Assembly (NCBI GenBank): GCA_024697285.1 | Contig: JAILFY010000225.1 | Location: forward strand, 1-59,762 | Source: Bacteroidaceae bacterium | GTDB taxonomy: Bacteria; Bacteroidota; Bacteroidia; Bacteroidales; Bacteroidaceae | Direction of reading: 5' to 3' | DNA length: 59,762 nt | Part shown: positions 11,063 to 20,303 of the stretch, in pieces | Position numbering within the stretch: position 1 is the first letter of the stretch | Layout of the letters: every line of letters starts with the position of its first letter | Position numbers and translations under genes: made by a program | The notes under the pieces: generated by a model | Database searches by the model: none | What the model was told of the DNA's origin: nothing | The model's input: the letters and a program-made list of their open reading frames with translations, nothing else

Positions 11063-12925
11063 TTGGACCTCATACAACTCCTTCCCGACAGCGTAGCCAA
11101 CCAGATTGCCGCGGGCGAAGTCATCCAACGACCCGCCTCCATGGTCAAAGAACTGGTGGAGAACGCCATTGATGCCGGTGCCCAGCACGTAGATGTGTTG
11201 GCTACAGATGCCGGCAGAACCAGTCTTCAAGTTATTGACGACGGATGTGGAATGAGTGAGACCGACGCTCGCCTGGCCTTCGAGCGCCACGCTACCAGCA
11301 AGATTCGTCAGGCCACGGACCTCTTCACGCTCACCACCATGGGATTTCGCGGCGAGGCTCTGCCCTCCATCGCCGCAGTAGCACAGGTGGAGCTGCAGAC
11401 ACGAACAGCCGAACAGGAGCTCGGCACACGCCTCATCTTAGAAGGTTCCAGGGTCATCTCGCAGGAACCCGTGGCATGTCCTGTTGGCAGTAACTTCATT
11501 GTCAAGAATCTATTCTTCAATGTTCCGGCCCGACGAAAGTTCCTGAAGTCCAACGCCACGGAACTCTCTAACATCACCAGCGAGCTCGAACGCATCGTTC
11601 TGGTTCACCCCGAGACGGCCTTCACACTCACCTCGAATGGTGCAACACTCATGAGCCTTACACCCTCTTCACTGAAAGGGCGCATTGCTGCAGTCTTCGG
11701 GCAAAGACTCACGGACAAGCTCCTTTCCGTGGAGGTGGAGACACCCATGGTAAGTATTCATGGTTTCGTGGGCGCCCCCGAATCAGCCCGCAAGCGCGGT
11801 GCACAACAATACTTCTTCGTCAATAATCGCTACATGCGGCACCCTTACTTCCATCGTGCCGTGCAGGAAGCCTTTACGCAGCTCATCCCTTCGGACGAGC
11901 AGGTACCCTATTTCATCTATTTCGACGTGGAACCAGCCGAGATTGATGTCAATATCCATCCGACGAAGACAGAAATCAAGTTCGAGAACGAACAACCTAT
12001 CTGGCAAATACTGCTCGCTGCAGTACGTGAGTCCTTAGGACGTTTTGCTGCTGTACCAACCATCGACTTCGACACCGAAGGACGCCCGACTGATATCCCT
12101 GTCTACAATCCGCTCGACACCACCCGTCCCCTGCCGCAACAACCTGTTGTGGAGGTGAACCCCAACTACAATCCTTTCGCTACGGGCCCCTCATCCCGAG
12201 AACAGCACACGCCATCGGGCTGGGATCCCACACCATATGGCCGAGACCATACACCATCTGGTTGGGAACAACTCTATCGGGATCTCTCCTCCACTCCCGA
12301 CGCCTCCGCCATAGCATCCGAGAAGGGGATATTCCCCTCCAACTTAGATACTGCGAGCACAGCTCACTCTTCCATGGCTCAGTACAGGGGTCAGTATCTG
12401 CTGACGACAGCCGACGAGGGCCTGCTATTTGTGGATCAACACCGAGCCCACATCCGCATTCTCTACGACCGCTATCTCACGCAGTTCTCTGCCAGCCCCC
12501 AGCCCTCCCAGCGGCTGCTCTTCCCCGAAGTCGTGAAGTTGTCGGCAAGCGAATCCTCTACGCTGACGGGCGTGCTGTCGGACCTTCTGGCCCTGGGATT
12601 CGATATCAGCGATCTGGGCAGCGGAGCGTTCAGCATCTTAGGAATCCCCGCAGGACTCGAAGGTCTCGATCCTCAGTCGCTGCTGCTGGACCTCATCGGA
12701 GCTGCTGCCGATCGCGGCATACTTCCCTCAGACGACATCCACTCCCGACTGGCCATAGCACTGGCGCGGGCTGCCGCCATTCCGGTAGGACAGTTCCTCA
12801 GTCCCATAGAACAAGACGACCTCCTCTGCCAGCTGCACGCCTCCACGGACCCCGTCCACACGCCCGACGGACATCTCATCCAAGTCGTGCTTCCACAAGA
12901 GACCATCGACAAACTCTTCAGATAA
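11063..12925 (+). CDS. mutL: DNA mismatch repair protein MutL
   Basis: GHKL ATPase motifs LPDSVANQIAAGEVIQRPASMVKELVENAIDAG, DDGCGM and GFRGEAL. The ORF is open from ATG 10961, but that extension is not MutL-like. TTG at 11063 gives M-DLIQLLPDS and is my preferred start, so the start is uncertain. Confidence 0.85.
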   Translation: MDLIQLLPDSVANQIAAGEVIQRPASMVKELVENAIDAGAQHVDVLATDAGRTSLQVIDDGCGMSETDARLAFERHATSKIRQATDLFTLTTMGFRGEALPSIAAVAQVELQTRTAEQELGTRLILEGSRVISQEPVACPVGSNFIVKNLFFNVPARRKFLKSNATELSNITSELERIVLVHPETAFTLTSNGATLMSLTPSSLKGRIAAVFGQRLTDKLLSVEVETPMVSIHGFVGAPESARKRGAQQYFFVNNRYMRHPYFHRAVQEAFTQLIPSDEQVPYFIYFDVEPAEIDVNIHPTKTEIKFENEQPIWQILLAAVRESLGRFAAVPTIDFDTEGRPTDIPVYNPLDTTRPLPQQPVVEVNPNYNPFATGPSSREQHTPSGWDPTPYGRDHTPSGWEQLYRDLSSTPDASAIASEKGIFPSNLDTASTAHSSMAQYRGQYLLTTADEGLLFVDQHRAHIRILYDRYLTQFSASPQPSQRLLFPEVVKLSASESSTLTGVLSDLLALGFDISDLGSGAFSILGIPAGLEGLDPQSLLLDLIGAAADRGILPSDDIHSRLAIALARAAAIPVGQFLSPIEQDDLLCQLHASTDPVHTPDGHLIQVVLPQETIDKLFR

Positions 12926-12934
12926 TTCTCATAA

Positions 12935-14041
<1,107 letters not shown>

Positions 14042-14110
14042 AGACATAGAAAGTATGTTCATATAAATAATCATCTTTTCCATTAATCCCTTAACAAAAC
14101 TCGAAAAGAA

Positions 14111-15085
14111 ATGAAAAAGACATTAATGCTTTTTGCACTGGGACTCGTCACGCTGACAGCCAGTGCCCAACAGAAAGTGAGTTTCCAAACCGCATGTCAT
14201 CCTGAAGACGTAAAGCACTACGACACAAAGATGCTGCGCGAACGCTTCGTCATGGAGAAAGTCATGGTGGCCGACGAAATCAACCTGACCTACTCCCACT
14301 ACGATCGCTTCATCTTCGGCGGTGCCATGCCTGTCACGAAGACCCTGAAGCTGGAGAACTTCCTCGAGCTGGGACTGGATGTAGATCCTAATATCAAGGA
14401 GAAATACTTCCTCTACAACCGCGAGCTTGGCGTAGTCAACTGCGGCCAGGGCGACGGAGTGGTCATCGTCGATGGCAAGGAATATGCTCTTGCTCCGAAA
14501 GAGGCTCTCTACATCGGCCGCGGACATATCGCCAAAGACAAGGATGTGAACAAGGAAGTGCTGTTCCGCTCCAACGATCCTTCCAAACCCGCTAAGTTCT
14601 ACTTGAACAGTGCCACCGCCCACCAGCACTACAAGACCCAATGGGTGACTCTCGACGGCCGCAAAGGTTCGCTCAAGGCTGCCGTATGGGGCCCCGTAGG
14701 TTCACTGGAGGAATGCAACAACCGCACCGTCTACAAGCTGATCGTGAACGACGTCCTGGAGGAGGGTCCTTGCCAGTTGCAGCTGGGTCTCACCCAACTG
14801 AATCCCGGAGCCGCCTGGAACACCATGCCGCCTCACACCCACGGCCGTCGCATCGAAGCCTACTACTACTTCAACCTCCCCGAGGAACAGACCATCGCTC
14901 ATATCATGGGTGAGCCCCAGGAGAGCCGCGTCGTATGGTTGCACAACGAGCAGGCTATCATGTCGCCCGAATGGAGCATCCACGCAGCAGCAGGCACCTA
15001 CTACTACACCTTCATCTGGGGTATGGCGGGTGAGAACCTCTACTACAACGACAAGGATAACATCCCCGTCATCGACATTCAATAA
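14111..15085 (+). CDS. kduI: 5-dehydro-4-deoxy-D-glucuronate isomerase (KduI) with an N-terminal signal-peptide-like extension
   Basis: Similar by eye to E. coli KduI over nearly its full length ([55 protein letters not shown]). The N-terminus [21 protein letters not shown] looks like a Sec signal. Confidence 0.85.
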   Translation: MKKTLMLFALGLVTLTASAQQKVSFQTACHPEDVKHYDTKMLRERFVMEKVMVADEINLTYSHYDRFIFGGAMPVTKTLKLENFLELGLDVDPNIKEKYFLYNRELGVVNCGQGDGVVIVDGKEYALAPKEALYIGRGHIAKDKDVNKEVLFRSNDPSKPAKFYLNSATAHQHYKTQWVTLDGRKGSLKAAVWGPVGSLEECNNRTVYKLIVNDVLEEGPCQLQLGLTQLNPGAAWNTMPPHTHGRRIEAYYYFNLPEEQTIAHIMGEPQESRVVWLHNEQAIMSPEWSIHAAAGTYYYTFIWGMAGENLYYNDKDNIPVIDIQ

Positions 15086-15100
15086 ACCTCGAAAATCTTC

Positions 15101-15150
15101 AGGTCATCAGGAATCACAGGATAGTGGCTCCTGATGACCTGCTTTTTTTT
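15101..15150 (+). terminator. Rho-independent terminator after kduI
   Basis: A 12-bp perfect stem (aggtcatcagga / tcctgatgacct) is followed by gctttttttt. It ends 8 nt before the GH97 ATG. Confidence 0.8.
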
Positions 15151-15157
15151 ATCAAAG

Positions 15158-17107
15158 ATGAAAACTCTTAAAGCAATCTTGATGGCAGCGATAGCTCTCG
15201 TAGCCATTCCCATGAATGTCCTGGCCGCCAAGGCAGTGCAAATCAAATCCCCCAACGGACAACTTATCGTAGAACTCAACACCCAGAAGGGACAGCTCGG
15301 CTGGACCGTCAGCCGCAGCGGTCAGTTGCTCTACACCATGGAGCAAGTAGGAATGACACTGAGCAACAAGACAGTGGGCGTCGCCGCCGGAAGTGTCAGA
15401 CAGCGCTCCTGCAACGAGACCATCAGACCTGTTGTTCCGCTGAAACAGTCCGACATCCAGAGCAGCTACACGGAAGCACGCGCGAAGGTGCAGAATGGCA
15501 CCCTGGTATTGCGAGTCCTCGACAATGCCGTGGCCTATCGTTTCGAGACAACAGTAAAAGGTGAGGTCGAGGTGACCACAGACCGCTTCATCCTGCGCCC
15601 TGCCGTAGAGGTCACCACACACGTGCAGCTACCCAATAGCTGGCGCACCTCTTGCGAAGAGAGCTATACACATCAGAGCATAGATGCATGGAAAGAGAGT
15701 GGCAAATTCGCTATCACCCCGGCCCTCCTCTCCGGGCCCGACGATCTGCAGATGCTCATCGCCGAAACGGACTTGCGCGACTATCCGCACCTTTGCCTGC
15801 GCCCCACCGCAGACGGAGCTATAGAGAGCACCTTCCCGCCTGCCCCGGCAAAATATGAATGGCAAGGCGACCGCGGCTTCAACGTCACAGAAGAAGCTCC
15901 TTATTATGCCAAGACACAAGGCACTCGCTCTTTTGCCTGGCGTTATGTGGTCATCACAGACTCCAAAGGGCTACTCACCCAAACCATTCCCACCCAATTA
16001 GCTCCGAAGAACGAACTGTCCGACGTCAGCTGGATCAAACCTGGCAAGGTCATCTGGGAATGGTGGAACGGAGCCACTCCCTTCGGTCCGGACGTGACTT
16101 TCAAAGCTGGCTGCAACTACGAGACCTACTGCTACTTCGCTGACTTTGCTGCCAAATATGGCATTGAATATATCCTCCTCGACGAAGGATGGGCCAAGAG
16201 CACCCGCGACCCCTTTGTGGGCAACGATGACCTTCGCCTCCACGACCTCATCGCCTACTGCAAGCAGAAGGGTGTAGGAGTGATCCTTTGGCTGCCCTGG
16301 CTTACGGCAGAACTCCACATGGATCTATTCCAGAGATATGCGGAATGGGGCGTGGCAGGAGTGAAGATTGATTTCATGGACCACTTTGATCAGTGGATGG
16401 TGAACTTCTACGAACGTATCGTCAGAGCCGCTGCCGACAACCACCTCCTCATAGACCTCCACGGAGCCTACACACCCGCAGGTCTGGAATACCGTTATCC
16501 CAATTTCATCAGCTACGAGGGTGTGAGAGGTCTCGAACAGATGGGTGGCTGTCCTCCCGACAACACCATCTTCATCCCCTTCATACGCAACGCCGTAGGC
16601 GCAGCCGACTTCACTCCCGGCGGTATGTTCAATGCCCAGCCTGGCATCTATGCTTCGCGTCGTCCCAACTCTGCTGCTATGGGTACTCGTTGTTTCCAGA
16701 TGGCTCTTTATGTGGTACTTGAGAGTGGCGTGCAGATGCTGGCAGACAACCCCACACGTTACTATCAGAACGAGGACTGTGCCCGCTACATCGCCAGTGT
16801 GCCTGTAGTATGGGACGAGACCCGCTGCCTCAGCGCAGTCGTAGGAAACCACGCCGTACTAGCCCGTCGCACCGGTCAGAAATGGTTCCTCGGTGCCGTG
16901 CAAGGCACCAACGAGCCACAAACCGTCCGCGTTCGTCTGAACTTCCTGCCGGCAGGTCGCACGTTCAAGCTCAAGGCTTTCGTAGATGGAATTAATGCCG
17001 ACTATCAGGCTATGCACTACAATGTGCTCGAACAAGAGGTCTCTTCCACCACGGAACTAAACATCAAGATGGCCCGCAACGGCGGCTTCGCAGCAGTAAT
17101 AGAATAG
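15158..17107 (+). CDS. Glycoside hydrolase family 97 (alpha-glucosidase/alpha-galactosidase type)
   Basis: A signal peptide (MKTLKAILMAAIALVAIPMNVLA) starts at ATG 15158. GH97-like core: GVAGVKIDFMDH...LIDLHGAYTPAGLEYRYPNFISYEGVRGLE. The family call is from memory. Confidence 0.8.
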   Translation: MKTLKAILMAAIALVAIPMNVLAAKAVQIKSPNGQLIVELNTQKGQLGWTVSRSGQLLYTMEQVGMTLSNKTVGVAAGSVRQRSCNETIRPVVPLKQSDIQSSYTEARAKVQNGTLVLRVLDNAVAYRFETTVKGEVEVTTDRFILRPAVEVTTHVQLPNSWRTSCEESYTHQSIDAWKESGKFAITPALLSGPDDLQMLIAETDLRDYPHLCLRPTADGAIESTFPPAPAKYEWQGDRGFNVTEEAPYYAKTQGTRSFAWRYVVITDSKGLLTQTIPTQLAPKNELSDVSWIKPGKVIWEWWNGATPFGPDVTFKAGCNYETYCYFADFAAKYGIEYILLDEGWAKSTRDPFVGNDDLRLHDLIAYCKQKGVGVILWLPWLTAELHMDLFQRYAEWGVAGVKIDFMDHFDQWMVNFYERIVRAAADNHLLIDLHGAYTPAGLEYRYPNFISYEGVRGLEQMGGCPPDNTIFIPFIRNAVGAADFTPGGMFNAQPGIYASRRPNSAAMGTRCFQMALYVVLESGVQMLADNPTRYYQNEDCARYIASVPVVWDETRCLSAVVGNHAVLARRTGQKWFLGAVQGTNEPQTVRVRLNFLPAGRTFKLKAFVDGINADYQAMHYNVLEQEVSSTTELNIKMARNGGFAAVIE

Positions 17108-17183
17108 ATATACAAGCCTCCCATGGGTCGAGTGCGCCGCGGTCCGTCCGCGGCGATCATCCTCCCTCCAGCGAAAAATGTTG

Positions 17184-17267
17184 TTCAAAATAAACTACAT
17201 ACTACATGAAAGTGAAGGAAAATGGACTTCTCAATACAAATTCATGTAGTATGTAGTTTATTTTGAA
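17184..17267. repeat. Perfect 27-bp inverted repeat with a 30-bp loop
   Basis: ttcaaaataaactacatactacatgaa (17184-17210) is the exact reverse complement of ttcatgtagtatgtagtttattttgaa (17241-17267). It lies 77 nt after the GH97 stop. Confidence 0.95.
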
Positions 17268-17419
17268 TAACTTTTCTCGCGGACACGTACTTTTGCTATT
17301 TGTGATGACAGCAGACTGGAGGAGAAAAAGTGGAGTTAAACAGGGGAGCACAATGAAGACACAGGGGATAACCGAACTGGGTAGAATCTTATACGAATAA
17401 GATATATATCTTATGGACA

Positions 17420-17702
17420 GAAGATTTATATCTTTTGAGCTGAAGATATATATCTTTTGAGCTGAAGATATATACATCTTGAAATCTAATCTACATGTGT
17501 TTTTCAACACGTATGTACATCTTCGCCAACACGTACGTACATCTTCGCCAACACGTACGTACATCTTCGCCAACACGTACGTACATCTTCTCCCACACGT
17601 ACGTACATCTTCTCCCACACGTACGTACATCTTCTCCAACACGTACGTACGTCTTCGCCCACACGTATATACATCTTCGCCAACACGTATATACGTATAA
17701 AA
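17420..17702 (+). repeat. 22-bp-period tandem array: 3 AT-rich units plus 9 units with a CACGTACGTACA core
   Basis: The AT-rich unit gaagatWtatatcttttgagct starts at 17420, 17442 and 17464. The unit CAACACGTACGTACATCTTCGC repeats exactly every 22 bp from 17505 to about 17702 with small variants. Confidence 0.95.
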
Positions 17703-18009
17703 TGTAACTATGCCTTTCCAAAGTGGTCACAATTATTCGCCTTACACTCATGCATTACGTCGACTTTCTCCGATTCATGTATGAATCAGACTAAACATGG
17801 AATGAAATCCTTGCCAAGGAAATACAAAAGTTACCTCTGGAACTGACCTTTTTTGAATGAAGGGGGCTTACTTTGCAAAAATATGCCTGGAAGTCTGGCT
17901 TTACAGGCTTTTGGGGGCGGGATTTTATTGCATCCTGAATTTACTGGACAGCAATAATATCTTATGAGTAGAAGATATAAATAATATTATGGATCCTCGT
18001 TTCGTAGAC

Positions 18010-18054
18010 AATAAAATGCCCCGGGGCCACGACATCACGTCGTACCTCCGGGGC
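18010..18054 (-). terminator. Rho-independent terminator on the minus strand, ending the transcript of the Ser/Gly/Arg repeat protein gene
   Basis: Compound hairpin gccccgg..acgac atcac gtcgt..ccggggc (18018-18054). On the minus strand it is followed by attttat (plus 18011-18017). Confidence 0.65.
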
Positions 18055-18094
18055 TGGCGATATTATGTAAGGTTCTTCCAGTTATTTTTCTTCT

Positions 18095-18390
18095 TTATTT
18101 ACTTTCCTTTTTTGAGCTACTTTTCTTTTACAGTTCTTGTGTTTTTCCGAATTTTTGTCTTCTTTTAGTTACTTTTCTTTTCTGAGCAACCTTTTCTTCT
18201 TACTGTTCTTGTGTTTTTTGAATTTTTGTCTTCTTTTAGTCACTTTTCTTTTGAGCAACCCTTATTCTTACAGTTCTTGTGTTCTTCTTATTCTTCACTT
18301 CTTTTAGTATCTTATTCTTTTTTGAGCACCCTTTATTCTTACAGTTCTTGTGTTCTTTTTATTATTTTTCTTCTTTCAGAATCTATCTTT
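18095..18390 (-). repeat. About 70-bp tandem repeat x4, purine-rich on the minus strand, lying between the stop codon and the terminator
   Basis: tgagc landmarks at 18113, 18183, 18252 and 18323, and acWgttcttgtgtt landmarks at 18130, 18203, 18270 and 18341. Stop codons occur in all minus-strand frames. Confidence 0.9.
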
Positions 18391-18391
18391 G

Positions 18392-19618
18392 TTATCTGCC
18401 TCCGCGACCACCGCCACGAGAACTTCCTCCATGGGAACCGCCGCCGAATGAAGAGCCGCCTCCGGCACTGCGGGACATACTGCCGCTACGCGACGCCCCG
18501 CTGAAACTGCCAGAACTTCTGGTACTGCTGTGGGAGATGCTGCTGCGACTGGAACTCATGGAACTACTGCTTCGTCCGGAACTGTAGCTGCCGCTGCGAA
18601 CGGTGGTTCGAGTTGAACTCTCGCGCTGGTAGGAGGAGCGACCTGAATAGCTGCCGCTGCTGCGTGAACCGCTGAGGCTGCTGCTGCGACCTGAATAGCT
18701 GCCGCTGCTGCGAGATCCGCTGAGGCTGCCGCTGCTGCTGCGACCCGAGTAGCTGCCGCTGCTGCGTGAACCGCTGAGGCTGCCGCTGCTGCTGCGACCC
18801 GAGTAGCTGCCGCTGCTGCGAGAACCGCTGAGGTTGCCGCTGGCACTGCGACCCGTGTAGCTGCCGCTGCTGCGAGAACCATTGAGGCTGCCGCTGGTGC
18901 TGCGACCTGAGTAGCTGCCGCTGCTGCGAGAACCGTTGAGGCTGCCGCTGGCACTGCGACCCGAGTAGTTGCCGCTGCTGCGAGTATCTCCGATGGTGTA
19001 TCCTTGATGACTGCGAGAATGGTTGTAGTTACCGCCACGGGAGGCAGAAGCGCGACCGCCACCTATCTGATAAGATCTGTGTCCATTGTCATGGAGACCG
19101 CCACGACCACGATGGGTGATTGCTCCACGTGTCATGCCTCGGAAACCACCGCCCCAGCGATGGGGACGACGAGAGGCGTAGAAACCATTGTGGAAATAGT
19201 AGCGGCCGTGGCCACCACGATAGCTCCAGAACACACGGGGATGATCATAGTAGTAGTAGCCTACCCGATAATAACGATAGACGGGGAAGTACCAGGCTCC
19301 GCGCAACCACGAGACCGGATTCAGGAAATAGTCGGCTGCGGCAAAGAGAGACCACTGCCAGTCGAAGAGGATGTGACGAAGGTCGGCATTGCGGTAGCCC
19401 AGATATTCTCCGTATAGGATATCGTTCTCCGACGACAGGTTCAGCAGATAGTCGAGGTTGATTTCGTAGCAGTCGTTGTACTGCTGGTCGTTCAAGTTGA
19501 GTTCATATGCCATCTTGTCCGTGAGGAAACGGGCTTCTTCGCTGGCGCGCTCGTAGCTCATAGCGTCAGCCGAGGTGGCTGCGAGAGCAAGGATGAGGGT
19601 GAATATAAACTTTTTCAT
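18392..19618 (-). CDS. Secreted low-complexity protein: N-terminal domain, Tyr/Arg/Gly-rich segment, 18-aa Ser/Gly/Arg repeats, GGR tail
   Basis: Signal peptide MKKFIFTLILALAATSADA. About 6.5 copies of SSGSYSGRSSSGSLSGSR. The C-terminus is GGSSRGGGRGGR. It has its own TACCTTTG -7 box upstream. Confidence 0.7.
   Translation of the reverse strand: MKKFIFTLILALAATSADAMSYERASEEARFLTDKMAYELNLNDQQYNDCYEINLDYLLNLSSENDILYGEYLGYRNADLRHILFDWQWSLFAAADYFLNPVSWLRGAWYFPVYRYYRVGYYYYDHPRVFWSYRGGHGRYYFHNGFYASRRPHRWGGGFRGMTRGAITHRGRGGLHDNGHRSYQIGGGRASASRGGNYNHSRSHQGYTIGDTRSSGNYSGRSASGSLNGSRSSGSYSGRSTSGSLNGSRSSGSYTGRSASGNLSGSRSSGSYSGRSSSGSLSGSRSSGSYSGRSSSGSLSGSRSSGSYSGRSSSLSGSRSSGSYSGRSSYQRESSTRTTVRSGSYSSGRSSSSMSSSRSSISHSSTRSSGSFSGASRSGSMSRSAGGGSSFGGGSHGGSSRGGGRGGR
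18632..18979 (-). repeat. 54-bp in-frame tandem repeat inside the CDS
   Basis: The unit gctgccgctgctgcgagaaccgctgaggctgccgctgctgctgcgacccgagta recurs with small variants and encodes residues ~214-329. Confidence 0.9.
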
Positions 19619-19666
19619 AAGGCTTGTTATTTATGCGTTAGACACCTTGTTATTTGTTTGATGGTG

Positions 19667-19674
19667 CAAAGGTA
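19667..19674 (-). promoter_or_regulatory. -7 box TACCTTTG for the repeat-protein gene
   Basis: Plus-strand caaaggta is TACCTTTG on the minus strand, 49 nt upstream of ATG 19618. Confidence 0.45.
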
Positions 19675-19781
19675 GAGCATAAAAATGAAGCCTGCAAGAG
19701 GAAAAACCTAAAGTGAGCGGGGATTTTCCCTATTGTGAATAGGTAAGGAGGAAGAGAAAGGCAAACTGACAGCAGAAAGTA

Positions 19782-20303
19782 TCAGAGGAAATAGGTGAAG
19801 ACGTATGCATCAACGTAGTCGTATTCGTCTATCAACCAGTCTTTTAGGATGGCACTTTGCTCGAAGCCCAAGCCTTGGAACAGGCGAGTGGCGGGAATAT
19901 TCTTGGAGGAGATAATGGCATAGATTTGATGCAGTCGCTGGCTACGCGCATAGTTGATAAGAGCATTAACAACAGTGGGACCGATATGTAGGCCTTGGTA
20001 CTGGGGAAGCAGGGCCAGCGAAATCTCGGCCCGGTGGTGCTGGGGAGAGAAGTTCACGAGGTCTGCTAATCCCAGGGCTGTTGGCTTTCCTGCTGCGTCC
20101 TTCGCCTCGATAACCAGACGAACTTGTTGGTCGATATAGAGATCGTTGTTTGCTGATTGCAGGTATTGTCGGAGCGTGTAGCGCGAATAGGGCACAGTGG
20201 TGGAGCCATAGCGCCAGAAAGTTGGGTCGTTCTCTATCTGGTAGAGCAGTTCCAGATCTTCTGGCTCCATGGCCCGCAGGTGTATGTCAGTTGCAGATAT
20301 CAT
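19782..20303 (-). CDS. GNAT family N-acetyltransferase (RimJ/RimL-like)
   Basis: 173 aa with an acetyl-CoA-binding-type segment QGLHIGPTVVNALINYA...NIPATRLFQGLGF. Overlaps the upstream GT2 gene by 17 nt. Confidence 0.75.
   Translation of the reverse strand: MISATDIHLRAMEPEDLELLYQIENDPTFWRYGSTTVPYSRYTLRQYLQSANNDLYIDQQVRLVIEAKDAAGKPTALGLADLVNFSPQHHRAEISLALLPQYQGLHIGPTVVNALINYARSQRLHQIYAIISSKNIPATRLFQGLGFEQSAILKDWLIDEYDYVDAYVFTYFL

Noticed and set aside
17202-17751. Several overlapping ORFs on both strands in the track lie here (for example 17479..17700 +, 17491..17751 -, 17202..17642 -), with repetitive RTYVHL / VRVGEDVRTC peptides. The same question applies to 27926..28222 + and 18211..18587 +.
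   Set aside because: They are read-throughs of 22-bp or 70-bp tandem DNA repeats, open in several frames and on both strands at once. They have no protein-like composition or start context.
17100-18400. I considered whether the iteron-like array, the AT-rich tract and the convergent gene orientation mark a replication origin or a terminus/dif site.
   Set aside because: I saw no DnaA-box-like TTATCCACA/TGTGGATAA and no dnaA or dnaN nearby. I recognised no 11-6-11 dif-like site; atatctt-N8-aagatat at about 17955-17980 is only a weak palindrome. Gene orientation flips again at 54.9 kb, so the strand switch is not evidence by itself. Deciding this needs whole-replicon GC skew.
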